Source: Trueperella sp.
Lineage (GTDB): Bacteria; Actinomycetota; Actinomycetes; Actinomycetales; Actinomycetaceae
Length of the DNA stretch: 64,000 nucleotides
Direction: 5' to 3'
Assembly (NCBI GenBank): GCA_030532125.1
Contig: JAUNLU010000003.1
Span: 26,491 to 90,490, forward strand
In this document: in pieces, positions 50,761-59,462 of the stretch
Layout: every line of letters begins with the position of its first letter
Numbering within the stretch: position 1 is the stretch's first letter
The notes under the pieces: model-generated
Databases searched by the model: none
What the model saw: only the letters and a program-made list of their open reading frames with translations
What the model was told of the DNA's origin: nothing
Program-made: the position numbers and the translations under genes

Positions 50761-52713
50761 TCAGAATGGTGGTTCATCGAGCTTTTCATCTGACTCAGAC
50801 TCCGCTATCAGCGATTTCCTCCACTCAGTTGTTACCGACATAGTACGACTGTTGGGCTCAGCATAGGGTGGGAGTTTACCAATTCGGGTAATCACTGGAA
50901 CTTGGACAGAAACTCCCGCTAGGACGCACGTCCCTGTTGGGAGAATTGGAAGCGATTCGAATGATACGCGGTCAAGGTAGGTTACTGCCTTTTCAATTGC
51001 CTGTACATCGAGATCGTTCACAAGCCGGTGGATGAAGTAATTGTGGAGCTGGGAAATAATCGTAGGTGATATATCATGTGGTCGCTGGCTTGCCAATGTC
51101 AAGAATACGCCAAACTTACGCCCCTCTTTGACAATCTCTTCAAACGTTTCCAAGCGGTAGTCTCTCCATGCTTCGCTTTCCCGTGATGACTGCAACGACA
51201 AGATGTTGTGTGCTTCATCAATTATGAGGTTCAGATACTTCTGCCCACAGGTATCCATTCGCTTCTTGTTATCGTAGAGATGTTTACAGAGAATCATGGG
51301 GATAACCTTGCGCATGGCAAGATTTACGTTCCTAAGCGACACAACAGTCAAGGGAACTTTAGTCAATTCATCATCGGACACTCGAATGAGGAGTTTAATG
51401 CTGGGCACTCTCTCGTGTAGACGCTTAATCATGGGACCCAGATGTTCTCTGTTCGCGAAGCCACTGATTACATCCCAGTAGTACTGGAGCACCAGTTTGA
51501 AGCGGACTAAGTCAATGTCGTCGACCGAGGAAAAGTCCTGCTTGATATTCGCAACCTTGCTCTTGATGAAATCATTCCAGTTAGCATCTGTCGCCCATCT
51601 TCTACTATTGTCATCTTGCGAAATCCAGAAGAAGTCGTGGTTCTTACTGTGATATTGAAGCTGGTTGCGCATCTCTTCAATCAGTGACGAAAGATCTTCA
51701 TGATCGACATTGTTACCGAGACACTCTTTAATATCTTCCAGAAAGTTAATCGGAAGCTGCCTATCTATCGCCCCATCGTTGCTCTTTGTTGCTCGGGCGA
51801 CAAGATCTCCAATAACATCGAGAAGCGCCTCAGGTTTTCGAAGCAGGGTACTCCAGTAGTCACTTTTAAGTACACGAGATATAAACGGTGCTTGAGTCTT
51901 CTCAGTCGCATCAAGTAAAACCGTCCAGAAGACCGGATCATGGACAGCTGCCTTTGGCAAGGGAAGGCGGTCTCCCTGGTCATTGTAGGTCGAAAGATCA
52001 TAAACCTGTTTTACATCGTCATCAGCAATCACGGATTTTGCATACTCGTCAACATCGTCGTCTCTGTTTACATACTCACCGTTGAAGTCAATCAAAACAA
52101 ACTGAGATCGTTGCCTAAATGTTTTGTTATGCCCATACTTTTTGAGAAGTTCGTGGTAGAGCTTTGCGAGTGTATAGGACTTACCACTTCCGGTATTCCC
52201 GAAGATGCCAATGTGACTAGCAAAGATTGCGTTAACTCCGACTTCCACCGCCTGCGTTGGATCCATCGCCAGTGTGCCGATCGCTAATGGTTCGTCACTA
52301 CTGGAGACAAATGTGTGAATGAGTCTGAATTCTTTCTCTGTAAGTATGAAGCACTCGTTGTCAAGAAGCGGCATTTCGCGTACACCGCGTTTGAAGCGCC
52401 CTCCTTCGATGTAGCCTATGAGGCTCACGTCTAGCTGACGAGACAGCGGATCTACGTCACGACGATATTCTGCCGTCGCACTGTAGTCTTCTTCGACTAC
52501 CTCACCGTCAACCTTGGCAATCAATTCAACGAAGCCCTTGGCGATTTTTATATAGCTCGAAACAGCTACATTTCGTACCAGACTGCCCCTATATAAAAGA
52601 TGTGAACCGTTCTTGAGTTTGTCAACAGCGATACGCACTCGCCGGCCGTTTACAGATATCACTCGCCCGATGCGAAAAACTGCGTCATGGTCAAGGTCAA
52701 CTTCCTTAATCAC
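50761..52713 (-). CDS. herA: HerA-like (FtsK/HerA superfamily, DUF87-type) ATPase, partner of SIR2
   Basis: N-terminal barrel-like segment (FRIGRVISVNGRRVRIAV), Walker A GNTGSGKS, Walker B LNLIIDEAHN and ASQRP. The GTG start overlaps the SIR2 stop (GTGA) and follows a GGAG SD. Confidence 0.85.
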   Translation of the reverse strand: MIKEVDLDHDAVFRIGRVISVNGRRVRIAVDKLKNGSHLLYRGSLVRNVAVSSYIKIAKGFVELIAKVDGEVVEEDYSATAEYRRDVDPLSRQLDVSLIGYIEGGRFKRGVREMPLLDNECFILTEKEFRLIHTFVSSSDEPLAIGTLAMDPTQAVEVGVNAIFASHIGIFGNTGSGKSYTLAKLYHELLKKYGHNKTFRQRSQFVLIDFNGEYVNRDDDVDEYAKSVIADDDVKQVYDLSTYNDQGDRLPLPKAAVHDPVFWTVLLDATEKTQAPFISRVLKSDYWSTLLRKPEALLDVIGDLVARATKSNDGAIDRQLPINFLEDIKECLGNNVDHEDLSSLIEEMRNQLQYHSKNHDFFWISQDDNSRRWATDANWNDFIKSKVANIKQDFSSVDDIDLVRFKLVLQYYWDVISGFANREHLGPMIKRLHERVPSIKLLIRVSDDELTKVPLTVVSLRNVNLAMRKVIPMILCKHLYDNKKRMDTCGQKYLNLIIDEAHNILSLQSSRESEAWRDYRLETFEEIVKEGRKFGVFLTLASQRPHDISPTIISQLHNYFIHRLVNDLDVQAIEKAVTYLDRVSFESLPILPTGTCVLAGVSVQVPVITRIGKLPPYAEPNSRTMSVTTEWRKSLIAESESDEKLDEPPF

Positions 52714-54035
52714 CAGGAGTCTCCTTCACGAGGTGCGAACGTCAGATTCGATTCGCTCATCAGGTCAAGAGTCTCTTCAGACATGATTGGTGCTAAGTAA
52801 TCGGATACGAGCACGTCAAGGCTGATCTTTCGTTCTTCCTCGTCCTCACTTGATTTGTCGGGGGCTACGATTTCGATATTGCCATTCTTAACTTCCACAT
52901 CTGGCAAGAGCTGCTTGAATAATTCTAGGTCTTTTTCCGAATAGCAGAACACAATAACCTGCAGTGTAGGGTTTGTTCGGGCTGCTCGAAGCACAAGATC
53001 GCGAAGGTGCTCATCGCGAAAGGAAAAACCGTGTACAAAAAGTACACTGTTCTCTTTTTCCAGTTCGTTAGCCAATCGCCGAATTAATTCGTAATAAGTT
53101 TCGTTCAGTACGGTAGTTGCAAACTTACGCTTATCTGGGTTAACAATCCCAAGCTCGTCGTATTTTGTCGAGAACTTTTCGACAACGGCGGGTAGCACCG
53201 CATCCTCTATTGATTCTGCTTGTTTACTATTATTTTTGAGGTATTCATTCGCCTCAGTGATCATCATGTTAATTGGGCGTATTTTCGGCCCCTCGGACTG
53301 GGGGTAAGACTCCACAGTCACAGGGATCAAGTATTGTTTCGCTTCTTGGAGCAGGCAATTAATTGTTTTCACAAGAGTCAAACCATGGTCGAAATATATG
53401 TCGAACTTGCCATTTTCTCGCTTAACTTGGCACCATGCTGCTGACCCATGGATCTTGATTAGGTTGAATACGGGTACCTCGAACCGGTGCCCATACCTGC
53501 TGCTAGTTTGGAAACGAAGCGCTCCAAATTCACCAAGGTTAAATTTGGGACGGATTTTACCGCTAAATCCATCACAGTAGTCAATGCCCAATTCTTCCAT
53601 TGAGACTTCGAAGAGCATGTCTACGTTTGTGGTGAATATGTTCACCTGCTTCGGTAGAAGGGTACTCCGCCTGCAGAGCAAAATACGATTTAGTGTCCGT
53701 AAGAATCTCACATAAGACTGTAGAACACTATCTGCTTCGTCGCTATGTTCGATAACTTGCAAGTTTGGCACAAGGACTTTTTCAAAAAAGTACGCTTGAA
53801 TTGAAGCACGAACAAGTCCTTTGATGTTTTGTGGAGCATTACTATTCGCGAGTTCTTCGAGAGCATCTTCTATATTACCCAACGCAGAAAAATATGAACT
53901 AGGTGTTCCTGCGCCGATCAGGAAATTCAGATGAGCAGACTCGACAATCACTCTCAACCGTTCTGAAGTGAGACAACTGAATCGGGTCTCAGCAACTTCC
54001 TGCTGTGCTAAACCGTTCACGCGAATCTGAGTCAC
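52710..54035 (-). CDS. SIR2-family NADase-like defence protein
   Basis: FLIGAGTPSS (Rossmann GAG), TTNVD, KIHGS (catalytic His) and GFSFRDEH motifs of the SIR2_2-type family. The start is taken at GTG 54035, 6 nt after a GGAGG SD. The ORF-track ATG at 54071 is the alternative. Confidence 0.85.
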   Translation of the reverse strand: MTQIRVNGLAQQEVAETRFSCLTSERLRVIVESAHLNFLIGAGTPSSYFSALGNIEDALEELANSNAPQNIKGLVRASIQAYFFEKVLVPNLQVIEHSDEADSVLQSYVRFLRTLNRILLCRRSTLLPKQVNIFTTNVDMLFEVSMEELGIDYCDGFSGKIRPKFNLGEFGALRFQTSSRYGHRFEVPVFNLIKIHGSAAWCQVKRENGKFDIYFDHGLTLVKTINCLLQEAKQYLIPVTVESYPQSEGPKIRPINMMITEANEYLKNNSKQAESIEDAVLPAVVEKFSTKYDELGIVNPDKRKFATTVLNETYYELIRRLANELEKENSVLFVHGFSFRDEHLRDLVLRAARTNPTLQVIVFCYSEKDLELFKQLLPDVEVKNGNIEIVAPDKSSEDEEERKISLDVLVSDYLAPIMSEETLDLMSESNLTFAPREGDSW

Positions 54036-54443
54036 TCGTAACCTCCAAGATCTCCTGAAGTAAAAATGCATGCATACAGTTGATTTCTTGAATCTAACAG
54101 TTATTTAGTGGTTCACGCTGGCATCGTATTAACACTCGACTTTTATATGGTTCAGCAATGCTCCACACATTTGCTGGAAACTGTTAGGAACTTCAACTAT
54201 ATGGTTCATATTGAACCGCATTGACCAATAGAATATGCAGTTCATAGAACTATCTAAGGTTATAGCTCCGCTGCGACCATACTGCATTTCCATAGATGAA
54301 AAAGACCGGTCCTGGACTCCCACCAAAGCGGGCAGCGGAACCGGTCATGTTGCTGCCATCATAGTTCATATTCGCTACAGAGACCAGAGATTTCACCCAC
54401 ACCGTGTTCGCTTTTAATGCGCCAGGAGCGCATTACTACTAGG

Positions 54444-54484
54444 CAAAAAAGAGGAACCGCCCTAGCTTTTAGCAGCTAGAGCGG
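54444..54484 (-). terminator. Rho-independent terminator downstream of tRNA-Ala
   Basis: The minus strand reads CCGCTCTAGC-tgctaaaa-GCTAGGGCGG (10 bp including one G-U), followed by TTCCTCTTTTTT. Confidence 0.8.
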
Positions 54485-54490
54485 AAAAAT

Positions 54491-54566
54491 TGGTGGAGCA
54501 TAGGGGATTCGAACCCCTGACCTCTTCCATGCCATGGAAGCGCGCTACCAACTGCGCCAATGCCCC
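54491..54566 (-). tRNA. tRNA-Ala (anticodon GGC)
   Basis: The reverse complement folds as a 76-nt cloverleaf: acceptor GGGGCAT/ATGCTCC with G3:U70, anticodon arm CTTCC-ATGGCAT-GGAAG, T-arm AGGGG-TTCGAAT-CCCCT, and an encoded CCA. Confidence 0.93.
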
Positions 54567-54650
54567 GAGAACAGACTTAATAATACTTACCCGGCTCTGA
54601 TTTGACCAATTCACAGCGCCAGCTGCTAGGTGAATCACCTCACCAGCAGT

Positions 54651-55355
54651 TTACTTACCGTGCCCAGCTTCGGCCGTCTGGCCCTTTGCGGTGCTCGCGC
54701 CGTGCAGATCTATCACCTGGATCGGATCAGCCGCATAAAAGCGGTTATAAGAACGGATCTGCCACGGTGGCGTCCCCCCAGCTCGCGGCACCAACAGAGC
54801 CCAGTGGCAATTATCCATCCCAGTAACTCCGGCCCACTGCGAGGGATTTTGCCCCAACAGCGTGAGCACTCCGGCTGAGATAGCTCCGCCGTGGCTCACC
54901 AGTAACAGCGTCTCAGGTTCCGGGCTAGCCTCAGCCTTTTCCGCTGCCGCAGCTACTACTGCAGCCACCCGTTTTCCGCATTCTGCTTTGGTTTCTACGC
55001 CCAGACCAACGGGGTCAACGCCCGCCCGCCAATTTTCCCATTGCTCAGGGTATTGCGCTCGGATCTCCGCCGCCGTCTTACCTTCCCACTCCCCGTAGGA
55101 GCGTTCACGCAGGCGCGCATCCAATTCGACCGCAATACCCAAGTGCTCAGCCACCACGCGCGCGGTGTCCGCGGCGCGCTGCAAATCAGAAGAAATTATC
55201 CGCGTGGGCTGCAATTTGGCAATCTCTACCGCCGCCGCTTGCGCTTGCGCCATACCAACTGCATTTAACGGTGAATCAGTGGCGCCCTGGATGCGCTGGG
55301 CAATATTGAGATCAGTTTGCCCGTGGCGCCAGAAAACAATACGACGCAGGCTCAC
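54651..55355 (-). CDS. Histidine phosphatase (phosphoglycerate mutase) family protein
   Basis: RHGQTDLN catalytic motif and a distal SHGG motif. Confidence 0.88.
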   Translation of the reverse strand: MSLRRIVFWRHGQTDLNIAQRIQGATDSPLNAVGMAQAQAAAVEIAKLQPTRIISSDLQRAADTARVVAEHLGIAVELDARLRERSYGEWEGKTAAEIRAQYPEQWENWRAGVDPVGLGVETKAECGKRVAAVVAAAAEKAEASPEPETLLLVSHGGAISAGVLTLLGQNPSQWAGVTGMDNCHWALLVPRAGGTPPWQIRSYNRFYAADPIQVIDLHGASTAKGQTAEAGHGK

Positions 55356-55801
55356 GGCGTCTCCACGCCATCCGAATAATTTACTTGCGGGGTGAAGTAG
55401 TCCATTAACGACGGCGTCCGGTATTCCGGATCTGCAGTCACATCAGCGGGCAACTCGATAGTGGGGCAGTCCCCCCACAGTTTTTCCAACGCATAGAACT
55501 CCCGATCTTCATCCACCTGGGCGTGCACGATCAGATCGCCGTAATCCAAAATCACCCAGCGCGCGTCGCCCGTGAGGCCCTCTTGGCGCAGCCGCTTAGT
55601 ACCGGCCTTAAATACCGCGTCGTCAATATCCTTAACCAGCGCACGCACGTGGCGGGAAGTGGAACCGGAGACGATCAAAAAAACATCAGTCAGCACCATA
55701 CGGGAGGAAACATCTATCGCTTGGATAGCCGTCGCTTTTCCGCTAGACGCCGCCCGGGCGGCCACAATAGTTAAATCGATCGCTTCTGAACTAGCTGCCA
55801 C
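55352..55801 (-). CDS. rsfS: Ribosome silencing factor RsfS
   Basis: 149-aa ORF with an RsfS-like core (DVFLIVSGSTSRHVRAL ... WVILDYGDLIVHAQ) downstream of nadD. Confidence 0.88.
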   Translation of the reverse strand: MAASSEAIDLTIVAARAASSGKATAIQAIDVSSRMVLTDVFLIVSGSTSRHVRALVKDIDDAVFKAGTKRLRQEGLTGDARWVILDYGDLIVHAQVDEDREFYALEKLWGDCPTIELPADVTADPEYRTPSLMDYFTPQVNYSDGVETP

Positions 55802-55847
55802 TGTGCCCTTTCTGTAACTCGATATAAGGATGCGACCAACAGGCTAG

Positions 55848-56816
55848 TTAGACCAACAAGTTGATGAGCTCTTCTGGGGTGAACCCCGATAGCCCCTCTG
55901 AGAAGAATGTAGCGTCGATCCACGCGCCGCCTAAGTAGCCAACCAGTGCCGCAATGAGAATCAATAGCACCCCGTTGATCCAGCTGGCCCGCCGCGACCG
56001 CCGCTGGGTCTGGTCTGCGTCAGTGTCAGTTTCTGGATCTGCTGCTGCAGGCGCTACTGGGGATTCTGGCTCCGGAGTAGCAAATTCATAGGCCGGTTCT
56101 GCTTCGGGGGCATCCCGTTGTACATCTGGCGCGCCCGGATATGAGTATTCATCAAAATCTAGTGCTACTGCCGGTTGCACTGCGGCCTCGTTGGGCTCAT
56201 CCGGCTCAGTTATGGCATCTGGCTCAGTTATTGCATCCGATTCAGCTGCCGCAGTCTGCTCAGTTTCATCGGTTTCTTCGGCCGGTTCAGTAGACTCTGC
56301 CGGCTCTACCGCATCCGCAGCCTCGGGCGCCGCCGCTTCCGCAGCAGTTGCGCGGCTCTTGCGCGTCATTTCCAACAGACGTTCGCGCAGCGAAAGCGCC
56401 TCTTTCTTCTCCCCTGCTTCAGCTTCTGCTGCGTCGTCAGCTGCCGGTGCAACAGATTCTTCCGGTTCTGCTGCTGCCTCTGCCGGTTCTGCTGCCGATT
56501 CAGCAGATTCCGCGGCTGCAGCGTCGGCTTTTTCCTCGAAACGATCGAAAACTGAGGTGCGCTCCGGCTTATCTGCCGCAACTGGCGCAGCGCCGTCAGC
56601 TGATTCTGCTTGCTCTGCCAGCGCCGGCACTTCCAGCGCAGCCGCTGCTGCTTCCTGAGCAGCCTCGCGTTCGCGCTGTTCTCGCAGTTCCTTGCGCGAC
56701 GGGCGGCGCAGCTGGAGCTCAGCAGTTTCGGTAATCGACGGCGCATCTGCCGCCCGCGCCGTCAGCTTGCCAAGCTCTCGCATTTCCTTACGGCTTAAGC
56801 GTGGAGTCTCACTCAC
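55848..56816 (-). CDS. Acidic Ala/Glu/Pro-rich low-complexity protein with a C-terminal TM helix
   Basis: 322-aa ORF with a charged N-terminus, long A/E/P/D tracts, a tandem AITEPD repeat and a C-terminal hydrophobic helix (WINGVLLILIAALVGYLGG). Confidence 0.6.
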   Translation of the reverse strand: MSETPRLSRKEMRELGKLTARAADAPSITETAELQLRRPSRKELREQREREAAQEAAAAALEVPALAEQAESADGAAPVAADKPERTSVFDRFEEKADAAAAESAESAAEPAEAAAEPEESVAPAADDAAEAEAGEKKEALSLRERLLEMTRKSRATAAEAAAPEAADAVEPAESTEPAEETDETEQTAAAESDAITEPDAITEPDEPNEAAVQPAVALDFDEYSYPGAPDVQRDAPEAEPAYEFATPEPESPVAPAAADPETDTDADQTQRRSRRASWINGVLLILIAALVGYLGGAWIDATFFSEGLSGFTPEELINLLV

Positions 56817-57613
56817 TAGTTCTCCTTCCCCTTATCGCCAGCTGCAGCGTCTGGGAGATATTGTGCGTCCCGTTCCCCAGCTGTAGCTGCCAGCGTCGGG
56901 GCTAGTTTTTCTTGTGATCGATATAAATGATACTTGTTTATGTACTGTACTACCCCATCAGGCACCAAATACCACACTGGTACCCCGCGCTTAACTCGTT
57001 CCCTGACCCCGGTAGAGGAGATAGCCATCGCCGGAATCTCCATCAGCGATATCCCAGAGTCCGGTAATCCCGTGGTGTCCAGCTGGTGGCCCGGGCGATT
57101 TACGCCCACAAAATGCACCAACTCCCACAGATCCGCATTATCTTTCCAGGACAGTATCTGCTGTAATACATCCGCGCCCGTAATGAAGTACATATCGGAA
57201 TCGGGATATATCTTCTTCAAATCGCGCAGCGTATCAATGGTATAAGTGACGCCGCCCCGGTCGATATCTACTCGCGACACGGTAAATCGGGTATTTGACG
57301 CCGTCGCAATAACCGTCATCAAGTACCGGTGCTCTGCTGCAGTGACGTTGCGCCCTTTTTTGAACGGCTGCTCGCCGGTAGGCACGAACACCACTTCGTC
57401 TAAGTCAAAGTAATGCTGTACTTCCGACGCAGCTACTAAGTGTCCGTGGTGGATGGGGTCAAAAGTGCCGCCCATAATCCCAATCCGGTGGCGGCGCGGC
57501 TCGTTATCTTTCGAAGCTGACGGCACACTTTGGTCCGCAAATGGCCACGCCCGTGGCTCACTGCGCCCAGTTACCGGATCAATCCACTTGGTTACGGCGT
57601 TATTCCCGGACAT
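56816..57613 (-). CDS. nadD: Nicotinate-nucleotide adenylyltransferase
   Basis: [12 protein letters not shown] (HxGH) motif and a distal ISST motif. The exact start is uncertain. Confidence 0.9.
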   Translation of the reverse strand: MSGNNAVTKWIDPVTGRSEPRAWPFADQSVPSASKDNEPRRHRIGIMGGTFDPIHHGHLVAASEVQHYFDLDEVVFVPTGEQPFKKGRNVTAAEHRYLMTVIATASNTRFTVSRVDIDRGGVTYTIDTLRDLKKIYPDSDMYFITGADVLQQILSWKDNADLWELVHFVGVNRPGHQLDTTGLPDSGISLMEIPAMAISSTGVRERVKRGVPVWYLVPDGVVQYINKYHLYRSQEKLAPTLAATAGERDAQYLPDAAAGDKGKEN

Positions 57614-58937
57614 GGCCTGCTCCTGACACTATCCACGTAGTGGTAGTTAATTCTTCTAATCCCATCGGGCCGCGGGCATGCAGCTTCTGGGTAGATATCC
57701 CGATCTCCGCCCCTAATCCAAACTGGCTGCCATCGGTAAACCGAGTAGATGCATTAACAATTACTGCTGCACTATCTACCGAATTTATGAAGTCATTAAT
57801 CGCGGTCCAATTTTCCGAAAGAATCGCATCGGTGTGCCCAGTGGAATAGGTGCGAATATGCGAAATAGCGGCGTCACGGCTATCCACTACTTTTACGGCT
57901 AGATCTTTTGACAGATACTCAGTAGCCCAGTCGTCCGCAGTTGCTGCCACAATTTTTTCCGACGCCGGAGCCAAGGCTTTGGTACGGGGGCAGGCATGTA
58001 CGGTAACTCCCGCACTCGTCAGTTCCCGCACTACTTTGGGCACGAAACTTTCCGCGATATCTTCATGAATCAACAGCGTTTCTACTGCGTTGCATACCCC
58101 AACACGCTGAGTTTTGGAATTGAGCACAATTGGGATTGCCTGGTGGAGGTCTGCCGCATTGTCGATATAGATATGGCAGTTCCCCACCCCAGTTTCAATT
58201 ACTGGCACAGTAGCTTCCCGAACCACCGTCTGTATTAGCCCAGCTCCCCCACGTGGGATGACGATATCCACCAGTCCCCGTGCTTTCATCAGTGCTACCG
58301 CACCCGCGCGGCCTAAATCATCCACCGTCTGCACTAACTCCGCTGGCAGTCCCTGCTCTACAAGAACTCCTTGTATTACGCGCACTAACTCCTGATTAGA
58401 GTTAATCGCCGCGCTGCCGCCGCGCAAAATAGCAGCGTTCCCTGATTTCAAACACAACACAGCTGCGTCTACTGTCACATTGGGCCGGGCTTCATAGATC
58501 ATTCCCACTACGCCCATTGGCACTCGTTTTTGCACTAGCTGCAAGCCGTTAGGCAAAGTGGAGCCCCGCACTACCGTTCCTACGGGATCTGGCAACTCCG
58601 CCACTTCACGCACTGCTTTGGCAATATCGGCAATCCGGTCGGCAGTAAGTGCCAACCGATCCAGCAGTCCCAACGACATGCCGTTCTCTTTGCCGGCACG
58701 CATGTCTACCGCGTTAGCTGCCAGGATAGAGTCTTGATTGGCTGCTAGCGCAGCGGCAACAGCCCGCAACAACTCATTTTTGCGGGCAGTAGGCATAGTA
58801 CGCACTGCGAGTGCAGCAGCTTTGGCAGCTCGTGCGCGCTGTTCAACCTCAGCCGCAACATTATCCGAGTCCGCGGCTTTTTCTTCTACAGCCGAATTAC
58901 TCGGGGAACTGCCTGACTCAAAAGTAAAATCATGCAT
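57600..58937 (-). CDS. proA: Gamma-glutamyl phosphate reductase
   Basis: 445-aa ALDH-fold protein with a ProA-like core (AILRGGSAA ... [11 protein letters not shown] ... NASTRFTDG). Confidence 0.93.
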   Translation of the reverse strand: MHDFTFESGSSPSNSAVEEKAADSDNVAAEVEQRARAAKAAALAVRTMPTARKNELLRAVAAALAANQDSILAANAVDMRAGKENGMSLGLLDRLALTADRIADIAKAVREVAELPDPVGTVVRGSTLPNGLQLVQKRVPMGVVGMIYEARPNVTVDAAVLCLKSGNAAILRGGSAAINSNQELVRVIQGVLVEQGLPAELVQTVDDLGRAGAVALMKARGLVDIVIPRGGAGLIQTVVREATVPVIETGVGNCHIYIDNAADLHQAIPIVLNSKTQRVGVCNAVETLLIHEDIAESFVPKVVRELTSAGVTVHACPRTKALAPASEKIVAATADDWATEYLSKDLAVKVVDSRDAAISHIRTYSTGHTDAILSENWTAINDFINSVDSAAVIVNASTRFTDGSQFGLGAEIGISTQKLHARGPMGLEELTTTTWIVSGAGHVRE

Positions 58938-59025
58938 ATCCCAACTTTAAGGGAATAACTTAGAAGTTGAGGCGTTGTAGCCAAATGAACACTCATTGAG
59001 GGCTTTCACGCCCAGGAAGGTGCAC

Positions 59026-59388
59026 ATGGCAACTAAAGAGATTACTGCAGAGAATCTGGAAGAAACCGTCAAGGAAGGTATCGTATTTCTTGACTTCTGG
59101 GCAGAATGGTGTGGCCCTTGCCGCCAGTTCGGTCCTACGTTTGAAGCTGCTTCCGACAAACACACCGATGTCGTATTCGGCAAGGTGAACACGGAAGAGC
59201 AGGTCGTGCTGGCCCAGCAGTTCAACATTATGTCGATTCCTACCCTGATGGTGTTCCGCGATGGCATCCGGGTATACGAGGGGGCCGGTGCGCTGCCACC
59301 AGCCGCGCTTGACGACTTGGTTGATCAGGCTCGCAAACTTGATATGGACGAAGTCCGCAAAGCAGTTGCAGAACAGCAAAATAACTAA
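59026..59388 (+). CDS. trxA: Thioredoxin
   Basis: WCGPC active site. The start is taken at MATKEITAENL (59026). Confidence 0.9.
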   Translation: MATKEITAENLEETVKEGIVFLDFWAEWCGPCRQFGPTFEAASDKHTDVVFGKVNTEEQVVLAQQFNIMSIPTLMVFRDGIRVYEGAGALPPAALDDLVDQARKLDMDEVRKAVAEQQNN

Positions 59389-59397
59389 CTGCCTGCT

Positions 59398-59448
59398 ACC
59401 AAAATAAAACTGCTAGCTGTATTCCATAGCTAGCAGTTTTATTTTGGT
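59398..59448. terminator. Bidirectional terminator: perfect 21-bp stem
   Basis: ACCAAAATAAAACTGCTAGCT-9 nt-AGCTAGCAGTTTTATTTTGGT lies between the convergent trx and 59463..60407 genes. The stem ends are T-rich on both strands. Confidence 0.8.
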
Positions 59449-59462
59449 TAGTTATTCGAAAA

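Noticed and set aside
54129-54326. 65-aa minus-strand ORF upstream of SIR2 as a possible third gene of the system
   Set aside because: It has odd composition, no SD that I can see and no recognisable motif. I kept it only as a question inside the finding on the 54036..54443 region.
56175-56798. Cluster of long ORFs on both strands (56175..56555, 56191..56658, 56348..56734, 56366..56746, 56610..56798) inside the acidic-protein gene
   Set aside because: All are low-complexity products of the same GC- and repeat-biased DNA. Only the 55848..56816 minus-strand frame has a sensible N-terminus, a TM helix and operon context.
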